Made by a program: the position numbers and the translations under genes. From the NCBI GenBank assembly GCA_965372795.1, contig CBDVDR010000012.1, forward strand, positions 32,001 to 96,000: a stretch of DNA of 64,000 nucleotides, written 5' to 3'. The notes under the pieces are model-generated. The model was not told where the DNA came from and did not search any database. It saw nothing but the letters and a program-made list of their open reading frames with translations. The stretch is from an uncultured bacterium (lineage in GTDB: Bacteria > Zixibacteria > MSB-5A5 > GN15 > FEB-12). Below, piece after piece: positions 27,937-38,275 of the stretch; the first letter of the stretch is position 1; the number at the start of each line of letters is the position of its first letter.

Positions 27937-29157
27937 CTACCCGGCGAACAAATCGCCCCAGCCGATAAGATATAGAATTATGCCGGCAGTCATTAACAAA
28001 AGTACAAGAGGAATTAGTCGTTTGTAAACTTTCATTAAGTCACTTCCAAAGTATTCGTTAGTCAGTATCAAACAGAGATGGCTTGGAGAAAGCATCACCC
28101 CAACAAAACCTGACAAGTAAGCAATCATCATTAGACCGGGATTTAAACCGTTTTGATATAAAAATCCGGCTAAAATTGTATAGCCCAAGCCGACATAAGC
28201 CGAGACCATGCCGGTCAAAATACCAATGGTAAACGGGACCAGAAAAACAACAAACTCTTTGGGGAAATTGTAGGTGGTGGCTAATTCCGGAATAAAATCA
28301 ACAGCATGAGCTAATTCAATGACCATTTGGAATGAAAGGACCCCACAAACAAGAAAAATAAGATTAGGTGCAAAGGCGCGTTTTAAAGATTTTTTGATAA
28401 TTTCTGTACTTGGGCGAGTTATAACCATTAGTAAAATTGATGAGATTAAAACCGACAAGGAGAGGTCGACCTTCAGGACTCCATAGAGAAAGATTGATAA
28501 TAAAATCGACCAGAGGGGTGTTAGTACCCGATACAAAGAGACAAACAATGATCCGTTTTTTTGCGAGTTGTTTTGAATTTTGCGAATATAAATAAAATAA
28601 CCAATGGTTGCCATCCCAATTGATAATGGAAATTGCATCATTGAAACCTGCAACATCGGTAGCCCGGTAATAGCTTCAGATAGAATCACTCCGGCATACA
28701 GGGGCCAGAAAAATTCAGCCAGATGTCGGAACCAGTAATTCACAACGAGTTTGAATTCAGGCGAATGGTTTTTATTTTTAAGAACATTATCAACTAAAGG
28801 AGCCGACATTAATGATCCGCCCGGCATAGGCATCATCCCAATCAAAGGAGGTAAGGCTGCCACGGCAGTTTTACTTCCGCCCGGTAGACCCTGAACCGCG
28901 ACTGACAACCGCTCAAGAAAGCCGAGTTCTTTTAGTAACGAGCCAAGATAGGTAATGAAAATCACAACCAGCGTCAGCATTATAAACGTTTGTGATTTAA
29001 CGAGATCCAAATAGCCTTGAGTTAAATCTGTAAAGGGGACATCAAAAAGAAGAGCCATCAGCAGCCCGGCAAAAAACAGAGAAATTCCGACCGAGACATT
29101 TTTTTTCAGCGCAATAACTATGACAGCAAATATTAAGAGCAGTTTTAACGTTTCCAT
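27937..29157 (-). CDS. DUF401-family multi-pass membrane protein
   Basis: IGMMPMPGGSLMSAP, NYWFRH and SPSHLCL motifs. Start placed at ATG 29157. Confidence 0.8.
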   Translation of the reverse strand: METLKLLLIFAVIVIALKKNVSVGISLFFAGLLMALLFDVPFTDLTQGYLDLVKSQTFIMLTLVVIFITYLGSLLKELGFLERLSVAVQGLPGGSKTAVAALPPLIGMMPMPGGSLMSAPLVDNVLKNKNHSPEFKLVVNYWFRHLAEFFWPLYAGVILSEAITGLPMLQVSMMQFPLSIGMATIGYFIYIRKIQNNSQKNGSLFVSLYRVLTPLWSILLSIFLYGVLKVDLSLSVLISSILLMVITRPSTEIIKKSLKRAFAPNLIFLVCGVLSFQMVIELAHAVDFIPELATTYNFPKEFVVFLVPFTIGILTGMVSAYVGLGYTILAGFLYQNGLNPGLMMIAYLSGFVGVMLSPSHLCLILTNEYFGSDLMKVYKRLIPLVLLLMTAGIILYLIGWGDLFAG

Positions 29158-29247
29158 AGGTGTGTAATAACGATGAAAGTTTATAAAAGTCAAACTGTCT
29201 AAAAGGAATTACTTGACTTAGAGCCTAACAAATATAGCTTTTCTAAA

Positions 29248-30588
29248 GTGATGAGTAAAATTGCTGAAATAAATAAAAAGATTAACCAAATTAACCTGCT
29301 GGCATCTTTTAAAAAGATAGCCAAAGATTATGGTTCTGTCTGGTTGGATTCTTCTTTGAGTTTTGAGGATCGGGGTCGGTTTTCTATAATTGCCCGTGAC
29401 CCTATCGGGTCGGTATCCCTTTGCAATAATGAAATTGTTTTGAAGCAATTTAATCAGCAACTTGTAATCAAAGCACCCGGTCAGATTTTTGAATATTTGG
29501 AACAATACTGGAAGGACCCCCAGTATATTTCAATCGGGTACTTCTCCTATGAATCATCGCTTAACTTTTTAAAACTTGGACATCTGGCAGCAACAGAGAA
29601 TTTAGTTCCTGAAATTAATTTTTTGATTTATGACTCGGCTTTAATATATGACCATTTACTGGACGAAATAAACGCGACTAATCCTGATCTGGATGATTAT
29701 TCGGATATGCTAACAACTGATATATCTGTTATACATAAGCCAAAAAGTGATACAGCAACAGTATTAGCATCACTAACAAAAGCTGAGTACCTTGAGAAAA
29801 TTAAAAAAATCAAGGGTCATATTAAAGAAGGCGACATTTATCAGGCAAATTTCACAACCCGTTTTGAAGTAGAATCAGCGACCGATCCATTTGAAGTTTA
29901 TAAAAAACTTCGTGAGTTAAATCCGGCGCCATATTCAGCTTATATGAATTTGGGTGACTATAATATTTTGTCGTCATCGCCGGAACGGATGTTTAAAAAG
30001 GATGGTGATTCAATTACAACTGGTCCAATCAAGGGGACGGTTGAACTTGGAAACAGTGAAAAAGAGATAATGGGAAACAAGCAACGCCTGCTTGATTCTG
30101 ATAAAGATAAAGCCGAGCTTTTGATGATTGTTGATCTGGAACGTAACGATTTAGGGAAAATTGCAAAGACCGGATCGGTTGAAGTTGAGACTTTGTTTAA
30201 GCCTGAGATTTATTCTTCTTTAATCCATTTAGTCAGCGATATTAAGGCAAAACTCCCTGATGATATTGAATATACTGATATAATTCAAGCGATGCTTCCC
30301 GGAGGATCCATAACAGGGGCTCCCAAAAAAAGAGCGGTTGAAATCATTCAATCACTTGAGACGGTTCCCCGTTCAATTTACACCGGATCTATCGGATATA
30401 TCTGGGATAATAAAGCTGATTTTAATATAGCGATTAGAACGATCTTGCATAAAGACAAAAAATATTATATACATGCCGGCGGCGGAATTGTTGCTGACAG
30501 TCAGGCTGAGGCAGAGTATAATGAGATGCTGCTGAAGGCAAAAAATCTTTTTAAAGCGGTAGGTGTAGTTAATAAATGCAACTGGTAA
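29248..30588 (+). CDS. pabB: Aminodeoxychorismate synthase component I (chorismate-binding)
   Basis: GDIYQAN, NPAPYSA, SSSPE, PIKGT, IVDLERND and PGGSITGAPK motifs. Confidence 0.88.
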   Translation: MMSKIAEINKKINQINLLASFKKIAKDYGSVWLDSSLSFEDRGRFSIIARDPIGSVSLCNNEIVLKQFNQQLVIKAPGQIFEYLEQYWKDPQYISIGYFSYESSLNFLKLGHLAATENLVPEINFLIYDSALIYDHLLDEINATNPDLDDYSDMLTTDISVIHKPKSDTATVLASLTKAEYLEKIKKIKGHIKEGDIYQANFTTRFEVESATDPFEVYKKLRELNPAPYSAYMNLGDYNILSSSPERMFKKDGDSITTGPIKGTVELGNSEKEIMGNKQRLLDSDKDKAELLMIVDLERNDLGKIAKTGSVEVETLFKPEIYSSLIHLVSDIKAKLPDDIEYTDIIQAMLPGGSITGAPKKRAVEIIQSLETVPRSIYTGSIGYIWDNKADFNIAIRTILHKDKKYYIHAGGGIVADSQAEAEYNEMLLKAKNLFKAVGVVNKCNW

Positions 30589-31415
30589 CTTCGATAAACG
30601 GTAAAATTGTTAAACGCGGACAGGATAAAATTTCTGTTTTTGATAATTCGTTGTTATATGCTGATGGTTTATTTGAAACCTGTCTGGCGATTGACAATGA
30701 GATAATTTTCCTCAAAGAACATATTGATCGTTTATTTAGAGGTGCAAAAGTAACCGGATCAAAAATCCCGATTGATAAAGAAACCTTGAAAAGCTGGATT
30801 CAATCTATATCAAAAAAACATCCTTCTAAGATCCAAAAGATACGCTTAACAGTAACTGCCGGAGAAGCTGCTCGATGGCTTGGGGAACAGGGGCAACCAC
30901 AAGTTATCATTTCGGCGGCACCTCATGTGATGCCGACCAAGCCTTTTAAGCTTCATTTGTCTGATTTCAGAGTGGATCAGGATTCAGTTTTCAGACGGAT
31001 TAAAACCCTTTCTTATGCAATTCATGCGGCAGCCTTACGTCAGGCGTTTTTGAAAAAATGTGATGATTCATTGCTTTTAAATGAGATTGATAATATTGCT
31101 GAAGTGACTTCTGCGAATATATTCTGGGTTAAGAAAAATAAAATCTACACTCCCCCGCTTACCTCAGGTTGTCTTGAAGGGATAACTCGCAAAATTGTCA
31201 TGCATGAAGCTCGTAAGTTAGGACATGAAATTATTGAACGAGATACTAATTTAGTTAAACTTTCAAACGCAGATGAGATTTTTATTTCCAGTTCATTAAA
31301 GCTGATAGTCGGCGTCTCTTTGATTAAAGCTAATCGCATAAATTTAAAATTCTCTGATGGTCCGTTTACAAAATTGTTTCAAAAACATTTTTATTCTTTA
31401 ATCAATCTATCATAA
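30576..31415 (+). CDS. pabC: Class IV PLP enzyme, probable 4-amino-4-deoxychorismate lyase
   Basis: YADGLFET, IKTLSY, EVTSANIF and GCLEGITR motifs; overlaps pabB. Confidence 0.75.
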   Translation: MQLVTSINGKIVKRGQDKISVFDNSLLYADGLFETCLAIDNEIIFLKEHIDRLFRGAKVTGSKIPIDKETLKSWIQSISKKHPSKIQKIRLTVTAGEAARWLGEQGQPQVIISAAPHVMPTKPFKLHLSDFRVDQDSVFRRIKTLSYAIHAAALRQAFLKKCDDSLLLNEIDNIAEVTSANIFWVKKNKIYTPPLTSGCLEGITRKIVMHEARKLGHEIIERDTNLVKLSNADEIFISSSLKLIVGVSLIKANRINLKFSDGPFTKLFQKHFYSLINLS

Positions 31416-31506
31416 TCAAACATAACTACTTTCTGAGATCATGTTTTAATTGACTTGAAAAATTCAATTCATGACATTTGTGATAACATTATAAAGAGGA
31501 TTAAAA

Positions 31507-32295
31507 ATGAAAAAGATAATATTATCATTGATGATGATTGCTATATTTGCAAGGGTTGGCTTTGGTCAGGATTATATGCTTGATGAGTCAAGCACAACCT
31601 TTGAACTCCCTCCCCGTCAATTAGTTGACATGCCTACTGCCGGAACGCTGCCAAGAGCACATTATCAAATCGGTTTCAGATTTTATCCTTCGGGTGGTGC
31701 CATTGGGTTCACAGATATTGCATTGTCGGACCGGTTTATGCTCGGTATCTCTTATGGTGCTGATAATGTTATCAGTAATAAAAGTCCTCACTGGAATCCA
31801 CGAATAGAGTTTAATATTAAATTTCGTTTGATTGATGAAGTGGATTATTTCCCAGCCTTAGCAGTCGGTTTTACTTCTCAAGGATTTGGGGAATGGAATA
31901 TTGATAATGATCGTTATGCTTTTAAATCACGCGGCTTTTATGGTGTAATAAGCCGAAGCTTCTATTTATATAACATGGTGGCTGGCTGGCATGGCGGAAT
32001 AAATTACTCGCTTGAGAACGATATTGATGAAGATAAGGCGGTAAATTTGTTTGTCGGTTTTGATATGACTTTCAAATACAATCTTGCTCTGCTATTTGAA
32101 TACGATGCGGCTTTAAACGATGACAAATCGCTTGAGTACTCCGGTAAAGGTCGCGGTTATTTGAATATGTCGGTAAAATGGATATTCACTGAAAAACTTG
32201 AACTTGAAGCCCTGTTGAAAGATTTTCTTCTCAACCGAAGAGAATCAACAACATTCACCCGAGAGATTAGATTGGCTTATATAAATAAGTTTTAG
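31507..32295 (+). CDS. Secreted YjbH-like outer-membrane protein
   Basis: Signal peptide, LVDMPTAGTL, KFRLIDE...PALAVG, alternating beta strands, terminal Phe. Confidence 0.6.
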   Translation: MKKIILSLMMIAIFARVGFGQDYMLDESSTTFELPPRQLVDMPTAGTLPRAHYQIGFRFYPSGGAIGFTDIALSDRFMLGISYGADNVISNKSPHWNPRIEFNIKFRLIDEVDYFPALAVGFTSQGFGEWNIDNDRYAFKSRGFYGVISRSFYLYNMVAGWHGGINYSLENDIDEDKAVNLFVGFDMTFKYNLALLFEYDAALNDDKSLEYSGKGRGYLNMSVKWIFTEKLELEALLKDFLLNRRESTTFTREIRLAYINKF

Positions 32296-32311
32296 GGAAA
32301 TAGACTAAGTC

Positions 32312-33046
32312 TTATAGCCCGAATTTTTTCCAACGGCTAAGTATCATTTCGGTAAAATCGCCAACTTCATTGATGACTTTTCCACGATATTCTTTGGCCT
32401 GTTTTTCATCAAAATTCGGATAACCTTCACCTTCATTATATAGAAGAATTGAGCCCGGAACCGGGTAGATATCTCCACCGGGGCGATAATAATAAGCCAG
32501 ATCGGGGTCATAAGAACTTTTATCAACAAATTCCGGATCAATCGCCTGAACCATGGCTGTTTCATCGGTGCCGGCATGCCCGCCCGAGTGTCCAAAAAAC
32601 TCTTTGGTCATCTTACCGCAGAGTTCCCACCAGTGAATAACCGCTACGTTGGTTAATCTTTCGCGATGAAAATCTGAGGCAACTTCTTTTAAAGAAGAGT
32701 TGTTGCCGCCATGTCCGTTCATGATAATAATATTATTAAAACCACTATCATTTAAAGAGTCCAGAATTTCCCGAACAATTAACTTATAACTATTAGGATT
32801 GAGAGTAATGCCGCCGTTGTAACGATAAAGTGATTTTGTTATCCCATAGTTTAATATTGGAGCAACCAGAGCATTTAAACGGTCAGCCAAATTTAGCGAG
32901 ATATCTTCTGGAATATAATTATCGGTTCCGATACAGGCAGAGCCATGACCTTCAATAGTTCCAACCGGAAGAATGACAGTATCAATTTTTTCGGGGACAA
33001 GTTCTTGAACTTTTAACCAACTTAGTTTTTGCAATTCACGCTGCAT
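32312..33046 (-). CDS. Creatininase family amidohydrolase
   Basis: LPVGTIEGHG, GTD, NGHGGN and HAGTDET motifs. Confidence 0.92.
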   Translation of the reverse strand: MQRELQKLSWLKVQELVPEKIDTVILPVGTIEGHGSACIGTDNYIPEDISLNLADRLNALVAPILNYGITKSLYRYNGGITLNPNSYKLIVREILDSLNDSGFNNIIIMNGHGGNNSSLKEVASDFHRERLTNVAVIHWWELCGKMTKEFFGHSGGHAGTDETAMVQAIDPEFVDKSSYDPDLAYYYRPGGDIYPVPGSILLYNEGEGYPNFDEKQAKEYRGKVINEVGDFTEMILSRWKKFGL

Positions 33047-33793
33047 CTATGATTCCAGTCTTGAGAGAATTCTTTCCAGTACCAATTCAGTTTCATGCGA
33101 GGTCGCTTCATCACCTTCAAAACGGAACTGGTTGATATCACGAGCCATCATCTCAAGGTCGTCCGATGTTTCAACGGCGTACCAGATTTCAAGTTCCGCC
33201 CAAGCGAGCTCTTTAGAAGTAAAAGCCTGGGAAACTTCCAGATAAATCATCGGAGATTTCCAGTCGAAATCAGAAAGTTTGATATGATCATCACCCGACA
33301 TTCCGATTAAATAATATCTTCCCTCAGGAGTCGGTCCGAAGATAGCATCAGACTCGTTTAAAGCTTTTAAAGCGGTAGAGATTTTTTTTGAAGAAACGGT
33401 AGGAGTTCTACTTCCGATTAAAAGTACGTTCTGATAATTATTATCAAAGCAGTCTCTGTAAATTTTTTCAATTCTAATGCCCCAGCGTTCTTTTTCTAAC
33501 GGTACGGCTTCGAAATTATTTTTCAATCGTTCAGCTTTTACTCCGGTCAATTTCTTTGTCAAATACTCAGTTACAATTTTAACCAGCTTATTCCGTTCAG
33601 CAGAGTCGATGTAGTATAAACGAAAATCTGTGTCATCAACTCCTAAGGCATGACTTATCGTATCAGTTATAAAAGCCTGGTGTAAAAAGCGTACATCATC
33701 ACCTTTGATAACACCAAAGTCCATAGTTGAACCGTCTTCGTAAGGTTCTTGTATACAAATTGCAATGACATCTTTTTTATTCTTAGGCGACAT
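33047..33793 (-). CDS. DUF2064 / TIGR04282-like nucleotidyl/glycosyltransferase-fold protein
   Basis: GIRI, LIGSRTP, FGPTPEGRYYLIGM and W-x-S motifs. Start placed at ATG 33793. Confidence 0.75.
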   Translation of the reverse strand: MSPKNKKDVIAICIQEPYEDGSTMDFGVIKGDDVRFLHQAFITDTISHALGVDDTDFRLYYIDSAERNKLVKIVTEYLTKKLTGVKAERLKNNFEAVPLEKERWGIRIEKIYRDCFDNNYQNVLLIGSRTPTVSSKKISTALKALNESDAIFGPTPEGRYYLIGMSGDDHIKLSDFDWKSPMIYLEVSQAFTSKELAWAELEIWYAVETSDDLEMMARDINQFRFEGDEATSHETELVLERILSRLES

Positions 33794-33907
33794 ATATCCC
33801 CACAGGTATAATAGTTTTGAAACAATATACACGGGTCAAATTTGGTAGTCAAGTATGGGAACTGAAAATATTTAATAAATTTCAAGAAAATTAATTCAAA
33901 AATAATT

Positions 33908-35806
33908 CTATGTTACTTTGTTCAATTCCTGAATAAAATCATCCGGCCCAATCACACCCTGAATCGTTTTTCTAACATTACCCTGAGAATCTAATATCAA
34001 TATCGTAGGCAGTGAATAATGTTTCATATTAAATTTTTTCATAAATATTTTTGTTTGAGGAGAATCCGCGGTTTCGAGTTGAGCTTTGATAGCCACGAAT
34101 CTTTTTGATTCCTGAATAACAGCCAGGTTGCTAAAGGTTTTCTTATCCAACACTTTACAATTTGCACACCAGGTTGCCCAGGTATCTATAATGACCGGCT
34201 TGTTTGTTTTTTTTGCCAGAGCTAAACCGGAATTAAGATCCTTTTCCCATTGAATTTTTTCTTTTTCTACCGCAGTTGTAGTTCCGGCAGGAAGGATTTC
34301 AGAAACAGGCGGAAGGATTAATCCTTCGGTTAAGATAACTCCCGCAATCAGATAAATACCAATCAATAAGGCTAATAGACCTATGAATTTTTTGAGTCTT
34401 AAAAAGAAACCTGCCTCCGGTGTTAAGCGATCAAGCCCACCTCCAAAGACACCAAACGCCAAGAGTAATAATCCGGTCAGTATGGCAACCAAAGTTACTG
34501 ATATAATTGTGCTTAGGAAATAAATAGCCATCAAGAGAAGAATAAATCCGAAGAATTTTTTAACCGTTTCCATCCAACCTCCGGAACCAGGCAATTGGTT
34601 CAAGGTCGAAGAGAATGTACCAATAATGATATATAAAGTACCTAGTCCCATCGCAAAGACAAAGAGTACAATAAATCCTATAAAAGGTGATCCACTGGTT
34701 GCAACATAAAGCAGAATACCGGCAACAAAAGGACCGACACATGGTGAAACAACTAAGGCTGCTATGACACCGAGGATAATTGATCCAAGAATACCTCCAT
34801 CACCTTTGGCTGCTGTGCCAAGTTTCTGCCTAAGTGACATGGGTACATTTAACTCATACACTCCGAACATCGAAAGCGAGAAGATAACAAAAACTATGGC
34901 AATACCAATTACAACGGGCGGGCTTGCCAGCCAGGCTCCGAAGACACCACCTACCAATGCGACAACTAATCCCATTAGACCATAAACTGTTGCCATTGAA
35001 CCAACATAGAATAGCGACAGGAAAAAACCTCGGCCAACCGAACGATTTTGACCTGCAAAGATACTAACTGTTATGGGAATCATTGGGTAGGTGCAGGGTG
35101 AAAAAGATAATACTAATCCGGTTACAAAGGCCAGTCCCAAGGCAATAAAATAGCCCCATATTCCATGTTTATCAATCAGTTGCTGAATTTCGTTATCGGC
35201 TACTGTAGTTGAGGCTACCTGAACCGGTTGATTCTCTTCTGTATTTAAAGAAGCAAATATTTCGGTGTGGGTCGGTACACCTTCCGGGCCGACAATTATT
35301 GCCAAAGAAGCTGTCAGAGATTCAGGGGCACGGCATTCTCTGTCATTACAAGGCTGGAAAGTCAATGTTACCGGAAGTTTATATTCGCCCGGGGTCAGAT
35401 TATTATCGATTGTAACATTAAAACTGAAAACTGCTTCACCGCTATATAATGAAAACTTGTCTTCTCCGACAAAACCATCCTCACCTTTTGGGTATTTCAC
35501 TGAATTGACTTTAATTCCTGAAATAGTAGCAAAATCTAATTTAGCGGCAATTAACCAATCTTCATAAGGAGCAGCAGAATTTATATGCCAGCCTTTAGAA
35601 ATGTCAGCAATCAGGACAGCCTTATAATTCCCACCCGGAGCAGCTTGAGATATTGAGAATAAAGATTTAACCTGAACCAGTTCTTCCTCATTTAAAAATG
35701 AAGAGCCACCAAATTCAAGATCTTGAGATAAGAGGGGTATTGAAATTAAAGAGAATATTAAACTGAATGTAATAGCAATACTGAATATTTTGAAACTTCT
35801 GGTCAT
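33908..35806 (-). CDS. dsbD: Thiol:disulfide interchange protein DsbD
   Basis: N-domain GWHIN...QPCNDREC, TM domain SPCTYPMIP and SPCVGP, C-terminal WATWCANC thioredoxin domain. Confidence 0.93.
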   Translation of the reverse strand: MTRSFKIFSIAITFSLIFSLISIPLLSQDLEFGGSSFLNEEELVQVKSLFSISQAAPGGNYKAVLIADISKGWHINSAAPYEDWLIAAKLDFATISGIKVNSVKYPKGEDGFVGEDKFSLYSGEAVFSFNVTIDNNLTPGEYKLPVTLTFQPCNDRECRAPESLTASLAIIVGPEGVPTHTEIFASLNTEENQPVQVASTTVADNEIQQLIDKHGIWGYFIALGLAFVTGLVLSFSPCTYPMIPITVSIFAGQNRSVGRGFFLSLFYVGSMATVYGLMGLVVALVGGVFGAWLASPPVVIGIAIVFVIFSLSMFGVYELNVPMSLRQKLGTAAKGDGGILGSIILGVIAALVVSPCVGPFVAGILLYVATSGSPFIGFIVLFVFAMGLGTLYIIIGTFSSTLNQLPGSGGWMETVKKFFGFILLLMAIYFLSTIISVTLVAILTGLLLLAFGVFGGGLDRLTPEAGFFLRLKKFIGLLALLIGIYLIAGVILTEGLILPPVSEILPAGTTTAVEKEKIQWEKDLNSGLALAKKTNKPVIIDTWATWCANCKVLDKKTFSNLAVIQESKRFVAIKAQLETADSPQTKIFMKKFNMKHYSLPTILILDSQGNVRKTIQGVIGPDDFIQELNKVT

Positions 35807-35838
35807 AGCTTTTCCTTATAAGGATTTATTATCTCTTA

Positions 35839-35863
35839 AACAAAGGATAAGTAAATTTGTTAC
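35839..35863 (-). promoter_or_regulatory. Putative ECF promoter for dsbD
   Basis: GTAAC-N17-GTT(TAA). Confidence 0.5.
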
Positions 35864-35865
35864 AA

Positions 35866-37083
35866 TTAAAAATTATTTTTTTGAGATTGAGCGATAATTT
35901 CCCGTTTTAATAAAACGAGTAATTTTTCGGTATCAATTTTTGCAGTAATTTTTTCCGCAATTTTTTCAGCTAAGTCTTTGGTGAATTGGCGTGTAAAAAT
36001 GCCCAGCTGGTCAGCAGTCATTTGTTCTAATTTTTCTTCCCAAGCCATTGACTTGTCTTCAACTGAAGGAGTTGTGTCAGTTTCTTTTAATAATATACTT
36101 TCCGGGGACTCAGTATGTATTTTTTCAACTTCCTTTTTAAACTCTTCAATAAAATGTTCGACACCCTCGTGTTTTTGATCTATCTGGGGTTGTTTGATCG
36201 GCGAGTCAGGTGCCGGGGTAACCGGGTCAATAATTTCTGAGTTGGCAGCAATATTCAGTTTTACTGATTTATTGCTAATATTTGAATTATCAGGCGCAGG
36301 ATCATTATTATCACTCTGCATAGAATTTATAAACCATTGATAATCATGATCAGCATCGGCGTCAGCATCATCTAAAGAATTGGATTCTACTAATCCGTAT
36401 TGATCAGAAAGAATATCGAGTTTTCCGGTTATATTTTTTGGATCGATATTCGATTGTTTTGTTCGCTGGACAATATCGGTACTATCTGCAGTGATAACTA
36501 CTGATTCAACTTTACCGCTATCTGAGGAATCGGTGTCTTCTTTTAAAATATGTGACATTCCAACCATTTTGTCGGCTGATTGTCTTTTCTCTAAATTAGG
36601 AAGAACGGTTTTATCCATAACTTCTGAATCGGTTACTTCAATTTGATCCAAACCTAAGGCAGCATCAAGGAATTCATCCTCCAGATCTGCCTCGGATAAA
36701 GGATTATTTTTAGCACTCTTCACTATTTCCTGTTGTGAAGTAATCTGAGTAACAGTTTCTATAAATCTTTTTGGATCCAATGGCAGCTCAATCTCGATTT
36801 CCTTTGGATAGTTAAAGGATATTTCATTTTGAGAGCTGAAAAGTAATTTTGGGATTGAACCGGTTTTAGCTTCCTTACAGAATCTTTCATAAAGGTACTG
36901 ATTTCCGCCGGATTTTATTTCAGAGCCAACAATAATCAAATCAGGATTAGTAAATTCAATGACTTCAAGGGCTTTTTCAGAGGTAGAAACCGAAATCACT
37001 TCATAACCATTTTGTCTTAAAACTGTTTCGGCAACACCACGGGTTGCATCGGATTCTTCAACTAATAAAACTCTTTTATGCAT
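35866..37083 (-). CDS. Atypical receiver-domain protein with long acidic linker and helical C-terminus
   Basis: VLLVEES...PDLIIVG receiver-like N-terminus; D/E/S-rich middle. Confidence 0.75.
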   Translation of the reverse strand: MHKRVLLVEESDATRGVAETVLRQNGYEVISVSTSEKALEVIEFTNPDLIIVGSEIKSGGNQYLYERFCKEAKTGSIPKLLFSSQNEISFNYPKEIEIELPLDPKRFIETVTQITSQQEIVKSAKNNPLSEADLEDEFLDAALGLDQIEVTDSEVMDKTVLPNLEKRQSADKMVGMSHILKEDTDSSDSGKVESVVITADSTDIVQRTKQSNIDPKNITGKLDILSDQYGLVESNSLDDADADADHDYQWFINSMQSDNNDPAPDNSNISNKSVKLNIAANSEIIDPVTPAPDSPIKQPQIDQKHEGVEHFIEEFKKEVEKIHTESPESILLKETDTTPSVEDKSMAWEEKLEQMTADQLGIFTRQFTKDLAEKIAEKITAKIDTEKLLVLLKREIIAQSQKNNF

Positions 37084-37085
37084 TG

Positions 37086-37904
37086 CTATTTATCTTTTTT
37101 TGAAAGTTCAGAAGATGCTTCTTCAAGTATTTTCCGTTCTGCTTTAGTCAATTTCTCAATACCATCTCTATTTATCTTATCGAGAATAGAATCAACTTTC
37201 TTCATCATATCTTCAGCATTTTGCCGGTTTTTTTCAAATTTTTTCTGTTGTTTCTTAAACTTCATACTTTTTAATTTTGAAGACAGAACTCCAAACCTTA
37301 GATCCGCTTTCAAATATAACAAAGCAAATAGAATTCCGCCTAAATGAGCCATATGGGCAATATTTGCTCCTGAGAATAAAAATCCAAGCAGCATCATACC
37401 GGGGACTGCCCATTTTACTTTGACTGGAAAAACAAAGTAAATATAAAGCATCCGATTAGGAAACATCATCCAATATGCGGTTAGGACGCCATAAATAGCA
37501 GCTGAGGCTCCAATTGTAGGGACATTTTGGTTCGTATGGACGATTAATGTAAGAATTGCTCCGGCTAAACCGGCTATAAAATAAAATCGACTAAAAGACT
37601 TACTTCCCCAGGTATGCTCAATTTCAGTTCCAAACATCCATAGAGCAAACATATTAAAGAATATATGTCCAAATCCGCCATGGAGAAACATGTAGGTGAA
37701 TGGTTGATATAAGAGGTTTGGGAAATCCGAAAAAAACAGAGCCGGCACTAAGCCAAGTTGTCTTGATAATCCGCTTATAAAAAACTGTATAACAAAAACC
37801 GCCACGTTTACAATAATCATTGCCTTAATAAATGGCGGTAAGTTTCCGGGTCCAAAACTTGGCCGGCGACTTCCAGAAAAGTTGTTAAAATTATTTTGTC
37901 TCAT
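37086..37904 (-). CDS. Rhomboid intramembrane serine protease
   Basis: FLHGGFGHIFFNM, GASAA and AHMAHLGG motifs; C-terminal VDSILDKI helix. Confidence 0.93.
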   Translation of the reverse strand: MRQNNFNNFSGSRRPSFGPGNLPPFIKAMIIVNVAVFVIQFFISGLSRQLGLVPALFFSDFPNLLYQPFTYMFLHGGFGHIFFNMFALWMFGTEIEHTWGSKSFSRFYFIAGLAGAILTLIVHTNQNVPTIGASAAIYGVLTAYWMMFPNRMLYIYFVFPVKVKWAVPGMMLLGFLFSGANIAHMAHLGGILFALLYLKADLRFGVLSSKLKSMKFKKQQKKFEKNRQNAEDMMKKVDSILDKINRDGIEKLTKAERKILEEASSELSKKDK

Positions 37905-37947
37905 TTAGTTTTACTATCGGCTAAATAAGCTTTCAATTAAAATAAAT

Positions 37948-38109
37948 CTACTCTTTGTCACTATTATCGTCATTTTTTTTATCTTCAGACTGAAGATGGT
38001 TGGGCGGAAGCGCTCAGCCACCGACTCCAAATTTTGGTAGAACCTTTTTTACCAAAAAGATCCAGACGACTATAAAGACTACTAAAAATATGATATCAAT
38101 AAAATCCAT
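37948..38109 (-). CDS. Small membrane protein with in-frame TGA (candidate selenoprotein, 53 aa)
   Basis: AAGGA RBS, ATG 38109, MDFIDIIFLVVFIVVWIFLVKKVLPKFGVGG-TGA(38016-38014)-ALPPNHLQSEDKKNDDNSDKE-TAG; SECIS-like hairpin 16 nt after the TGA. Confidence 0.65.
37981..37997 (-). promoter_or_regulatory. Putative bacterial SECIS element
   Basis: ATCTTC-AGTCT-GAAGAT hairpin with a G in the apex, in the coding frame just 3' of the TGA. Confidence 0.55.
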
Positions 38110-38225
38110 AAATCTTCCTTAAGTTAATCATTATTTTCTTATAATTCTACAAAAATACACTCATCAATAAAATAATTATTGGGAAGCAAATGTTCCAAAA
38201 ATATTGATAATTTCAATAAAAGCAC

Positions 38226-38254
38226 AAAAAAACCGGCTCAAATAATTGAGCCGG
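38226..38254 (-). terminator. Rho-independent terminator after trxA
   Basis: CCGGCTCAA/TTGAGCCGG stem followed by T7. Confidence 0.85.
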
Positions 38255-38275
38255 CTAAATTCAATTACTTCTTAT

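Noticed and set aside
37981..37997. Hairpin as a rho-independent terminator
   Set aside because: The stem is AT-rich and has no 3' U-tract on either strand; the T-run is on the wrong side.
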